From NCBI GenBank assembly GCA_963663865.1, contig OY760686.1, positions 768,001 to 832,000 of the forward strand: a DNA stretch of 64,000 nt, written 5' to 3'. The position numbers were made by a program, and so were the translations under genes. This DNA comes from Spirochaetota bacterium (GTDB lineage: Bacteria > Spirochaetota > UBA4802 > UBA5550). How positions within the stretch are numbered: position 1 is the first letter of the stretch; every line of letters starts with the position of its first letter. A model generated the notes under the pieces. The model did no database searches. It was not told the origin of the DNA and saw only the letters and a list, made by a program, of their open reading frames with translations. Shown here piece by piece: positions 9,601 to 16,809 of the stretch.

Positions 9601-9934
9601 TAATCTTAGCTTATCTGTTGGTGTGTCATTGGTTGTAAGTGGCATAGCTGGAATGCTCGCAGGAGCTGTCATCGGCGCAATGATTGGTTATGTAGGAAAT
9701 CAAATGATATGCTATTTTGATGAAGATTATAGAGATTCAAAATACTTTATGGGTACTGAAAAATATATTCTAATAGGTGCTCTTGCTGGTGGTGCAAGTG
9801 CTTTGGGAGGGAATGTTGTGGCGCAAATTGTGAAAGGATATTATTTTTCGGTAAAAGCCTTCTTTAGTGTTCTTGCTATTGGGTTTAGTAAGTTAAATCA
9901 ATTTGGACAATTCCTTGGAGGATTGGCTATATAA
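3602..9934 (+). CDS. Large SpvB-N/FG-GAP/YD-repeat/Rhs-core protein (TcB-TcC-like fusion) with hydrophobic C-terminal domain
   Basis: Signal peptide; SpvB-like start (YSIPIEVPPG..PSLSLTYNS..GVGW); seven DxxGDGxxD-type FG-GAP repeats; YD repeats; Rhs core GLYYYNARYYDPEIGRF...NPVNYADPSG. Start moved to ATG 3602 on RBS evidence. Confidence 0.92.
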   Translation: MNIIQALSSPFKPFQALSSPFKPFLIILMLSFFIICADNIYANHAVNPDGSFAYSIPIEVPPGTNGIAPSLSLTYNSNAGNGICGVGWQLSGLPYITRDSTYPVNYDGFDHYTGPAGRLVNIGGSVYHYEDENFCRVEAHGSYGDGPEYWVETKPDGTKYYYGYNSGECDFGSSYRSKISMVKGNGSITSNTRVWALSKVQDINGNYYSIKYTQSNGQFYPEEIIYTGNVVTDYDARRSVEFDYESRTDDIADYSSSSRVETYNRLKSITVKLDGDEVRKYTLYYSSTSSYGGLRSRIANVADSGLPAGENFYSFSWTNSPVSYNSYYGNLNYDTENIGNSYFGDYDGDGKLDYMIKNGASLKVFKFNGSGWVDIGQYSGVGYVYNMMVDVNGDNRSDQIMPTMDFSQADYNFHFYHTIRYAGSGTLENVTFGNDAYTASAVTVDARVRYVDVNGDGKCDIVYRDANNNHKFLYRTEPGQGNYPQSGGNWRLGTSVQFPSGSTDSGSDYPCFTYTDATGDGKADIVFIKYDPVSGTVKARVCVNKGSGWQESFTAYSFPSSYSTISDRYTVTDMNGDGLTDIVYRNDNNQHYIYSSTGTSFRQSAYTDILGTESDSAYYNYYDMNGDGWTDIVAMNSSGNFTIALAKSVIGKNWTTVSKSLGNGDKERYRFGDFNGDGRVDILYINKSSDQLVLGTSFCKAIEKISTATPPNQTLTSVVYELPTTMTDNIDDWVADSALYLSGGSGKFMPDNTPRSLVSSLTVHDGVSYYDADEYCLWYEPDISVCYEPDYRKISSTVYSYHNGLIKKGLPYERKSVGFERVASRMGDGTYARNDYIQTGLSFPGRMAYHYEFSSERQTISRKYYTYLEETPYSGVKWIKTDSELSHDYESGVAVSNILREYGYDEGDSGCYGNVTSIAMSVNGNDGLYTEISYSPNQSDWIINRVISVKKWENSSCANLISWSSFGYDNYGWGGNIKTKADYLKEGTSWRAIERNFGYDDYGNITSLSFPNGTGGNSSVITNTYDEDYHTFPVEEISSNDSGTELKTITTYDYATGNKTSVTDANGNTTVYEYDDYGRIVAEKAPGDDWTKQYLYSKEYFPAPYSVVESRFKDDSSLGYSWKREYYDGLKRVVKTESKGYNGHALVQEFSYDLLGRLESKTNQYLSGCDTPQKTEYEYDSAGRPQKAEAPDSTVKRTEYSYAGNLKVLREIDADGNASLSKYDAQGRLRYQVDPSGGTITYNYDALGRLISTVDAGGNVTSIAYDTLGRKTSITDPNTGTTSFTYYDSGDVKTQTNARGVTLTYTYDSLNRITSESSSDGTVRAEYVYDSGTTNNLKGRLYGVDDNSGSTVFSYDARGNVTHTLRSIDSDGDGVEDREFAASFAYDSQKRLVETAYPDANHLVVKRVYGEAGNLHAVTDESGNAFVQYRRSGSTATAMNGHSISRMTGNGVETVVDFNPANMRPVTLETKRGNDVLEQMSYTFRPGGNILSITDGCTSDGNDSESFTYDSVGRLAQAVSASSMYGTRDYVYDAQGNIQLHVVDNSVAFGYTYGSSAHPHAVSSTTALPYNMPVGSYSYDSTGNMTYRNGKTLVYDAKNRLIEVRNGANVVESYVYDFTGARIIKKLADGSAVFSINGMHDLKTTPGFPDQYVNYITGAEGDLAAQIEGVNTAAGASVYPVVKNMYNWKSPAGLMLTINAYASAWLNNPANYRRLGYALFVLLLAACSFVLFYSVRRYKAARSANPGYMLPWPWLRHSVPGILLFFVFTSFGLTGCFDGSVDNTTRSNVKYMHPNHVGSVAMVTDHEGTVVARYKYEPYGKVLVQSTGTGISDYKYTSQKSDATGLYYYNARYYDPEIGRFITADTEIPDVKNTQAFNRYMYVVGNPVNYADPSGHWGFGWLKNIASSAWNGIKTAGKVMYDYVIKPVYDNALAPVGHFFRAGWDGAMDTVFSGDWWEGIGKNIYNVLTDKNFYYTAALVALVVGCSCFAGLSIGLYIGFNLSLSVGVSLVVSGIAGMLAGAVIGAMIGYVGNQMICYFDEDYRDSKYFMGTEKYILIGALAGGASALGGNVVAQIVKGYYFSVKAFFSVLAIGFSKLNQFGQFLGGLAI
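3612..3674 (+). repeat. 10-bp tandem repeat (TTCAAGCCCT)x6.3 inside the 5' end of the Rhs gene
   Basis: Six perfect units at 3612-3671 plus TTC. Confidence 0.97.
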
Positions 9935-9935
9935 C

Positions 9936-10649
9936 ATGAAGAAGTCTATGATGAAATTTGTACAAATAGTAATGTTAGTTGCTGTTTCCACTGAAGGATT
10001 TTGTTTTGAGACTTTATCAATGGATTGGCCAAAACGTATTCTGAACCGGCATCAGTATTTTCAAGTATATTATGACCATGGTGTAAGTATGAAGATTACT
10101 GTACCTAAAGGAAAGTCTATAAATGCTTTTAATGTCGAAAGTGGAGAGACTGAGACACTAATTCTAAAAGCTGATAGAGATTTCTTGGATTTTCAAAATA
10201 GAGGTTCTTCAATAGGAATTAAACATTTATTTGGTTATGGCTTGGCTGGCACAGCCTGGAGGGGAAGTGATTTTTTATCAATAGGGATTATTACGGATGC
10301 AAAATTTATATATACAAAAGCATCTAATATCACTCAAATAGGATTTGGTTTTAATACTCAACTTTTTTGGTTGTTCAACTTTTATATTGGTTTTGGTTAC
10401 GCCTATTTTACATCATCTATACCTGATGTCGTAGGATATGAAATTACTTCGGATGGTCAAGAACCATTTGCGGTAATAAGGGAGAGACGTATTTCTGGAA
10501 AATATATATTCACAGGATTGCAACTGAAAATACCTATAAATTTAAAATTTCATGCATTTATGAGTATTAATTTTGATTCATATTCAAATACGAAAACATC
10601 AAATCTTGAAAGGATGTCGGTGCAGTGTGGATTTGGTGTAAAACTGTAA
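9936..10649 (+). CDS. Exported protein at the immunity-gene position, possibly an outer-membrane beta-barrel
   Basis: ATG 1 nt after the Rhs stop, GGAGGA RBS, signal peptide, alternating Gly/aromatic strands, ends CGFGVKL; AT-rich. Confidence 0.65.
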   Translation: MKKSMMKFVQIVMLVAVSTEGFCFETLSMDWPKRILNRHQYFQVYYDHGVSMKITVPKGKSINAFNVESGETETLILKADRDFLDFQNRGSSIGIKHLFGYGLAGTAWRGSDFLSIGIITDAKFIYTKASNITQIGFGFNTQLFWLFNFYIGFGYAYFTSSIPDVVGYEITSDGQEPFAVIRERRISGKYIFTGLQLKIPINLKFHAFMSINFDSYSNTKTSNLERMSVQCGFGVKL

Positions 10650-10692
10650 TACCTTCTCCGCAATTTATGAATAAGACTTGAGAGAAATGTCA

Positions 10693-10778
10693 GGCTGCTT
10701 TGACGGGTCGGTAGACAACACGACCAGAAACAATGTCAAGTACATGCACCCGAACCATGTCGGTTCAATTGCAATGGT
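10693..10778 (+). pseudogene. Orphan Rhs core fragment (diverged copy of 8924-9009)
   Basis: GCFDGSVDNTTRNNVKYMHPNHVGSIAMV vs GCFDGSVDNTTRSNVKYMHPNHVGSVAMV; 9 differences in 86 bp. Confidence 0.9.
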
Positions 10779-10784
10779 GAGTGT

Positions 10785-11220
10785 AGTCTTTTTTCACGCT
10801 GAGAGCGTGGCCCCTTTTTTGTGCGGAGCGCACGGGCATTTCTTTCGCCGCTGCACTGCGCGACACGCTTTTTTGGCAGGGAGCCTGTCGTCCTTTTTCA
10901 CACTGGGAGTGTGAGACCTTTTTCTTCGTCACTTTCGTCCGGGCGAAAGGGGTCGACGGCTATTTCGACCTCCTGTCGGCCGTCGACACTTAAGCGTCCT
11001 GCTTTTCGGCCAATATCTTTTAGGCGCCGGAAAGGCTTGGCTTTTGCAATTACTCGACCATTGCAGCGCCGTTATCATCATCCTGATGAAACGGCACCCG
11101 GGAGATTTTCCTCCATGAAAATCTCACTTGTTGAGCTGTTGAGGAAGGGTGCGTCCAGTTTTTTAATTCCGCCATTAGTTTCCTGCACCCTGTAGAGCCG
11201 CCCAAATTGGGCGGCTCTAC
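10785..11220 (+). repeat. Multi-hairpin dispersed repeat, copy 4, ending in a GTAG palindrome (11192-11220)
   Basis: Triloop hairpins at 10795-10809 and 10898-10914, extra GTCGACGGC..GCCGTCGAC hairpin, core at 11066-11125, terminal GTAGAGCCGCCCAAATTGGGCGGCTCTAC. Confidence 0.9.
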
Positions 11221-13940
11221 CGCGTATTCCCAACCCGTCCCAGCATAAGCTCAATCTTGTATTTCTCAAGGAAATAGCGGGTTGTGCCGGAGTTCTGCTT
11301 CGTAACAGGACCGCTGAATCTAAGTCCTGTCAGTACGGCTGAGCTTCCTGCCGGGATTCCCCTCTGTGCAGAGGCGGGCCCTATCTGGTTAAGGGGGACA
11401 GGCCCGGTTGAGCCGAAGGCGCTCGAAATATCGTAAAGCGGCTCTTTGGTGCCAAAGCCTGCAACCTCAGCAGAGAGATAGCTCCCGCCCGCGAACTTGA
11501 GCAGGTGCTGTTCTCTCACGGAAGAAGTCTCGTTCGAAAAGGAAATATCCCCCTGCTTGCTTATTGACATTTTATGGAAGTCATATTCACGGGACGGGAC
11601 AGAGCCGGCGGAATCGGCATAAACCGAATCAATGGTGTTTTTGCAGAACTCGAACAGGCATGCGAGATATCTGTCCTTTTGATCAAGGGGCTTAATGAAG
11701 GTGAAGAGATTCCCGCAGTCATCAGTAAGATAGATGAACACGTATGACGATATTTCTTCATATACTACAGAGACACAGCCTGGTTTGTGCCTTGCCATAA
11801 TCTGGGAGAGTACATTAAGCCTTGTGTCGTTCGGAAAAAAGATGTTCTCCGGGTGTCGGAAAGGGCTGAGCGAAATCTCCGCGAGGGCCTTGAGCGGGTT
11901 GTCGAAAACAGAAAAGCGGAGTGCTCCGGCCCTTTTTGAAACGGAGATGTACTTGCCCTCAAGCTTAGCTGTAAAACGGGGCTGTTTGGTGGCGCCGGCT
12001 TCAACAGCGCAGCTGTATGCGTCCTTGTAAATCCTGATAATGTCCTTGTACAGCTTTTTGAAGGGTTCAGGAGTAACTATGGAACAGTAATCGTCAAAAG
12101 GCCTCTTCTGTACGAGCCCGTCGTTGAGTATTATCTTGAGAATATCCACAAGGGTTTCTGATGAAGAGTATCTTTTAATAAAAGACTGCCCCCAGCTTGT
12201 ACGGTAGATGTGGTATATGCAACGGATTGAATCGGCATTCTCAATATTAAAATTTATGATCACCATGTTCATTATATTGAACGCGGGATTCAGATAAAAG
12301 GCGTTGGTAATGGGGATGTCCTTCTCGTTGAAAAGTGAGGATATACTGTTCATAAGCTCAGTAATCAGGTTCTGGTTGATTCTGCTGTAACCTGACTGAA
12401 TCTGCATTCTCGTAAACACGGGGCTGTAAAGCTTGTTCATGGCGGCCCATGCCGCGAGTTTAACGAGGTCATTTTCCGTTTTCAGTGTTGTGGGAACGAA
12501 ACGGGCACCCTCACTTGTGTCGCGCTTATACAGCCTCCACTCCGAGTTGTCAACCGAACCTGTAGCGGGCTCAATGTATAGTATAGACTCGTTTGGGGTT
12601 TCCTTGAATGTAACATACTGGTCTATTTCGCCTTCATTCGCGGAGAAGTGGCTCTTTATCTTTCTGCTGATGAGCGTAAAGTCTGAAGATGATATTTTCT
12701 GTGAAAGATTGAGCGCTGGAAGTTCCATTGAAATCTTCTGATATGAAAGCAGCATGAAAGTCTTAACCTGGTTCCAGAAGGTGATAATCTTCCTGTAGTC
12801 CCAGTTGTCGAAGTTGTCGTTGTCCTTTATCATGCTTTCAGTCCAGCCCCACTGCTTCACGTAATCGAACATGATACCCACCCTGTAGGGCAGGTTTTTG
12901 CTGTCCTTGAGGCCCGAATATTTGGAAAGCTGAGGATTGATCTTGAAATACAGGTTCTGCCTTAGTATGTTGAGCAGCTGCTTGTCCTGAAGGCTTTTGT
13001 TGTAATAGTCGTAAACCTCTTCAAACAGAATGATGTATGAGTCAATGGTTCTGTCGTCGAATATACCCTTGTGTACCGCGGTTTTGAGCTTGTGGCAGAG
13101 AAGGTGGGTCATGCCTGAATCGAACAGATACTTTTCAAGAATGCCTATTTTCAGGATGGACTTGAACGGGTTTCCCAGCGCCTTGATGAGCTGAAAAAGA
13201 GCAGCACCCAGAAAATCCTCTTTTGTGATCGAATAGAGATTGCCGAGGTCAACGAATTTTGTTTCGCGAAGTTCCTGCGGGAGCTGCTCGAACAGTTTCA
13301 GATAGTCATCGTCATTAATCCTGGGCACAACCCACCAGAAGGGCGTTTTCCCGGCGATAATTACCGAGCTCCTGTAGAACTCATCCTTGAGAGTTGCTCC
13401 TATGGTGGAACCGAAAGCCTCATCGTCATCTTCAGCATAGATGTTTCGGTGGATGTTGTCTATGTCGTTTATGAACAGGTGGACCTCTATGTTTATCTCC
13501 TTCATGGCCCAGTTCTGAATCGCAGTAACCTTTGCCTCAAACGCTGCAAGTTCTTCTGGGCTGTAGTTCTTCCGGTCAATGCAGACCCAGTAGTCGAAGT
13601 CGGAATCGCGCGTGTAGGCAATTGTAGCAACGCTTCCAAGGAGGGCCAGCATCTGAACAATCGGTGCCGGATTCTCCAGATTGAGTCCCGGTCTGTGAAA
13701 ACGGGACTCAATGTATTTGACTGTGTCCTTGTCCGGGGTATAGCCGTATATCCCCAGGGGAGAGGGGCCTTCGACGTAACCTGGTATCTTCTTGTCATTT
13801 ACGCAGAGAAGAAAAGGTATGGAATTTACAATTCTTCTAATGTTGTTATTGGGGATAAGGCTCTGAAACTTTTCATACTTTGTTTTGTTGAATATGAGAA
13901 AGTTTTTGTGGTTCTTTTCGATTTTTTCAGTGAATGTCAT
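11217..13940 (-). CDS. cyaA: Class I adenylate cyclase-like protein
   Basis: LGSVATIAYTRDSDFDYWVC (class I GS...SDxDxWVC), DEFYR, AGKTPFWW and PFKSILK motifs; ATG at 13940 preferred. Confidence 0.8.
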   Translation of the reverse strand: MTFTEKIEKNHKNFLIFNKTKYEKFQSLIPNNNIRRIVNSIPFLLCVNDKKIPGYVEGPSPLGIYGYTPDKDTVKYIESRFHRPGLNLENPAPIVQMLALLGSVATIAYTRDSDFDYWVCIDRKNYSPEELAAFEAKVTAIQNWAMKEINIEVHLFINDIDNIHRNIYAEDDDEAFGSTIGATLKDEFYRSSVIIAGKTPFWWVVPRINDDDYLKLFEQLPQELRETKFVDLGNLYSITKEDFLGAALFQLIKALGNPFKSILKIGILEKYLFDSGMTHLLCHKLKTAVHKGIFDDRTIDSYIILFEEVYDYYNKSLQDKQLLNILRQNLYFKINPQLSKYSGLKDSKNLPYRVGIMFDYVKQWGWTESMIKDNDNFDNWDYRKIITFWNQVKTFMLLSYQKISMELPALNLSQKISSSDFTLISRKIKSHFSANEGEIDQYVTFKETPNESILYIEPATGSVDNSEWRLYKRDTSEGARFVPTTLKTENDLVKLAAWAAMNKLYSPVFTRMQIQSGYSRINQNLITELMNSISSLFNEKDIPITNAFYLNPAFNIMNMVIINFNIENADSIRCIYHIYRTSWGQSFIKRYSSSETLVDILKIILNDGLVQKRPFDDYCSIVTPEPFKKLYKDIIRIYKDAYSCAVEAGATKQPRFTAKLEGKYISVSKRAGALRFSVFDNPLKALAEISLSPFRHPENIFFPNDTRLNVLSQIMARHKPGCVSVVYEEISSYVFIYLTDDCGNLFTFIKPLDQKDRYLACLFEFCKNTIDSVYADSAGSVPSREYDFHKMSISKQGDISFSNETSSVREQHLLKFAGGSYLSAEVAGFGTKEPLYDISSAFGSTGPVPLNQIGPASAQRGIPAGSSAVLTGLRFSGPVTKQNSGTTRYFLEKYKIELMLGRVGNTR

Positions 13941-14287
13941 TTTATCCGGACCATCGACACACGATTGTATTGACAACAAAAGCTTGGAATTGTTGATTGA
14001 AACAGGCTTCTGTGCTTCATATTAGCGGGAGTGCGTATCGAATCAAGCAAAAAAAACGCCTGAATGAAAACAGTATCCGGATACATATTCACTTCAGCAG
14101 CTCGCAATCTCAGGCGGTTAAACCAATATAGCTTACGGAAAAGCCGAATATCATGGTATTTTAACCGAATTTGCCCCAATGGCCGGGTTTCAATACGCGC
14201 TGCTATTTGTTATTTTGTAGCTGCCCGACGGGCGTTTTTCGGCCGCATCGGGAGTTTTATTTGCGTGATTTTAAGCGTTTTTTAAGA

Positions 14288-14316
14288 TTGCAAATTTGAC
14301 CTGATTCTGATAGCTT
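14288..14316 (+). promoter_or_regulatory. Putative sigma70 promoter of lon
   Basis: TTGCAA-17 bp-TAGCTT with TG extension, then GAGAGG RBS. Confidence 0.4.
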
Positions 14317-14332
14317 TATTACGAGAGGACAA

Positions 14333-16777
14333 ATGGATATAGATGAAATTATGATCGAAGGGAAAGATCTTCAGTTTGACGCGGAGCTTTTGGAGAATGA
14401 GCTTGTCTCAATCGATCAGACGCTTCCCGGCAGGCTTTATATAATTCCGATACGATACCGTCCGATATTTCCGGGCATAGTCACACCGCTTATCATATCT
14501 CAGGGCAGGTTCACGGACGCCATTGACAGGGTAATTGACGAGTCCCGGACAGTTGGCCTTGTTCTCATTCGGGATGATGACAAGGACGAGGTCGGCACAT
14601 CTGACCTCTTCAGTTACGGTACGGCCGTAAAGGTGCTGAAAAAAGTCAACCTCCCGGACGGTGGTGCCAATGTGTTGATAAACAGCGTTAAAAGGTTCCG
14701 CATAACCGACGTTGTCGAAAAAAACAAGTATCTGCTCGCTGACATTGAGTATGTTGATGACAGGCCGGGAAGTGTAAAGGGCATCGAGATAAAGGCCCTC
14801 ACAAGGGAAATACTTTCAAAGCTTAAAAAACTCTCCGATAACAATCCGCTTTTTACCGAAGAGATGAAGCTGACAATGCTCAATGTGGATGAGCCGGGAA
14901 AGATAGCTGATTTTGTAACTTCAATACTCAACCTGGAAAAAGGCGAATATCAGGAAATCCTTGAAACACTGAATATTCGCAGGCGGCTTGAAAAGGTTCT
15001 CCGACTCCTGCAGAAGGAGATGGAGGTGCTTAATGTTCAGAAGAAGATTCAGGGACAGATAAATGAAAGGATTGACCGCCAGCAAAAGGATTTCTTTCTC
15101 AGGGAGCAGCTGAAAGCTATCAAACAGGAGCTGGGTATAGACGACGAGCAGGGCGGAGAAACAGCCATGCTTAAAAAGAAGGCGGAAGAGCTCGAGCTTA
15201 AAGGCGAGGTTAGCGCCAGGGTCTTAGATGAGATCGACAAGCTTGCCCTTATGGACACTTCGTCTTCCGAGTACACTGTAACCCGAAACTACCTCGACAC
15301 GGTTCTCGCTCTGCCGTGGAACATAAAGACAGAAGAGCGGCTTGATATTGAACTCGCTGAGAGAATTCTTAACCGCGAGCACTACGGCCTTGATGATGTA
15401 AAAAAGCGTATCCTGGAGTTTCTTGCCGTAAGGAAGCTCAGGCCTGACGCTGGAGGCTCAATAATATGCCTTGTCGGCCCTCCTGGTGTGGGCAAGACCT
15501 CGCTCGGAAAATCAATCGCGAAGGCCATGAACAGAAAGTTTTTCCGGCTTTCCCTGGGCGGAATGAGGGATGAAGCTGAAATCAAGGGGCACAGAAGGAC
15601 CTATATCGGAGCGATGCCGGGCAAGATTATTCAGGGCCTGAAAATTGCAAAATCCAGAAACCCTGTCTTCATGCTTGATGAGATTGACAAGCTTGGCCAG
15701 AGCTACCAGGGCGATCCGGCTTCGGCGCTATTAGAGGTTCTTGACGCTGAACAGAACTCCGAGTTCAGGGACTATTACGTTGATGTCCCGTTCGATCTTT
15801 CAGATGTGCTGTTTATCACAACGGCCAACACCCTCGATTCAATACCTGCCGTGCTTACGGACAGAATGGAGGTGATCAGGCTTTCGGGATATATCGCTGC
15901 CGAAAAACACCAGATCGGAAGAAAGTACCTGCTGCCGAAACAGCTTCGGGCGCACGGTCTTTACAAGAAAGACCTCTCGCTTGACAAAGACGGCTTCCTT
16001 TACATAATTAACGGATGGGCCCGCGAGGCCGGTGTGCGGACGCTCGAGAGGCAGATTGAGAAGCTTTGCCGAAAGACAGCCTCTATTGTCGCCAGGGGCG
16101 GGAAACCTCCGGCGGGTATCGTCAAGCCGGAAAAAATCCGGGAATACCTCGGGCCCGAACAGTACCTTGACGAGGAGACAGTGAAGACGGCAAGGCCGGG
16201 AGTCGCTGTCGGCCTTGCGTGGACATCGCTCGGCGGCGCGACAATTACTATTGAATCGCTTGTCGTTCCAGGCAGGAAGGATTCAGGTCTGAAAATCACC
16301 GGCCAGCTCGGCGGAGTCATGACCGAGTCAGTCAACATTGCCTACAGTCATATAAGACATCTGCTTGAAGGCGATGAGAAGGCTTCCGCTATTCTCAATG
16401 AGAACACGATCCACCTTCATGTTCCGGCGGGAGCCACCCCGAAGGATGGACCTTCAGCGGGCATAACGATGGCGGTGTCCATATACTCCCTTCTGACTGG
16501 AAGGCCGCTGAAAAGCTCAATTGCAATGACCGGAGAGCTCAGTCTTACCGGATCAGTTCTGCCGGTCGGCGGCGTAAAAGAGAAGGTTATTGCGGCGAGG
16601 CGGGCCGGCATTAAGGAGATAATTCTGCCGGCGGAAAACCGCCGCGACATGGAGGAGATTCCCGCCTATATTCAGAAGGGGCTTACCTTCCGCTTTGTAA
16701 GCGTTCTTGATGAGGTAATCGGGGCTGTTTTTAAGCCGCTGAAAAGGGGATCGGCCAAAAAGGCCGTGAAGCTATAG
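14333..16777 (+). CDS. lon: ATP-dependent protease La
   Basis: LON N-domain, Walker A GPPGVGKTS, LDEIDK, catalytic PKDGPSAG. Confidence 0.97.
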   Translation: MDIDEIMIEGKDLQFDAELLENELVSIDQTLPGRLYIIPIRYRPIFPGIVTPLIISQGRFTDAIDRVIDESRTVGLVLIRDDDKDEVGTSDLFSYGTAVKVLKKVNLPDGGANVLINSVKRFRITDVVEKNKYLLADIEYVDDRPGSVKGIEIKALTREILSKLKKLSDNNPLFTEEMKLTMLNVDEPGKIADFVTSILNLEKGEYQEILETLNIRRRLEKVLRLLQKEMEVLNVQKKIQGQINERIDRQQKDFFLREQLKAIKQELGIDDEQGGETAMLKKKAEELELKGEVSARVLDEIDKLALMDTSSSEYTVTRNYLDTVLALPWNIKTEERLDIELAERILNREHYGLDDVKKRILEFLAVRKLRPDAGGSIICLVGPPGVGKTSLGKSIAKAMNRKFFRLSLGGMRDEAEIKGHRRTYIGAMPGKIIQGLKIAKSRNPVFMLDEIDKLGQSYQGDPASALLEVLDAEQNSEFRDYYVDVPFDLSDVLFITTANTLDSIPAVLTDRMEVIRLSGYIAAEKHQIGRKYLLPKQLRAHGLYKKDLSLDKDGFLYIINGWAREAGVRTLERQIEKLCRKTASIVARGGKPPAGIVKPEKIREYLGPEQYLDEETVKTARPGVAVGLAWTSLGGATITIESLVVPGRKDSGLKITGQLGGVMTESVNIAYSHIRHLLEGDEKASAILNENTIHLHVPAGATPKDGPSAGITMAVSIYSLLTGRPLKSSIAMTGELSLTGSVLPVGGVKEKVIAARRAGIKEIILPAENRRDMEEIPAYIQKGLTFRFVSVLDEVIGAVFKPLKRGSAKKAVKL

Positions 16778-16809
16778 AAGCTGCTCATACCTGAACAGGA
16801 GGAACACAG

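Noticed and set aside
8924-10778. 86-bp duplication as a DGR template/variable repeat pair
   Set aside because: Mismatches are not adenine-specific in either copy, are mostly synonymous, and no reverse transcriptase is present.
190-11220. Repeats as a CRISPR array or integron attC sites
   Set aside because: Units are hundreds of bp with irregular spacing, there are no cas or intI genes in the window, and no clear RYYYAAC/GTTRRRY ends were seen.
10821-11269. ORFs 10821-11195 and 11078-11269
   Set aside because: Chance open frames across repeat copy 4.
13449-13973. 174-aa antisense ORF and other long shadow ORFs (e.g. 18338-19126, 32309-32908, 36217-36867, 52487-53080)
   Set aside because: They overlap well-supported genes antisense or out of frame and carry no motifs.
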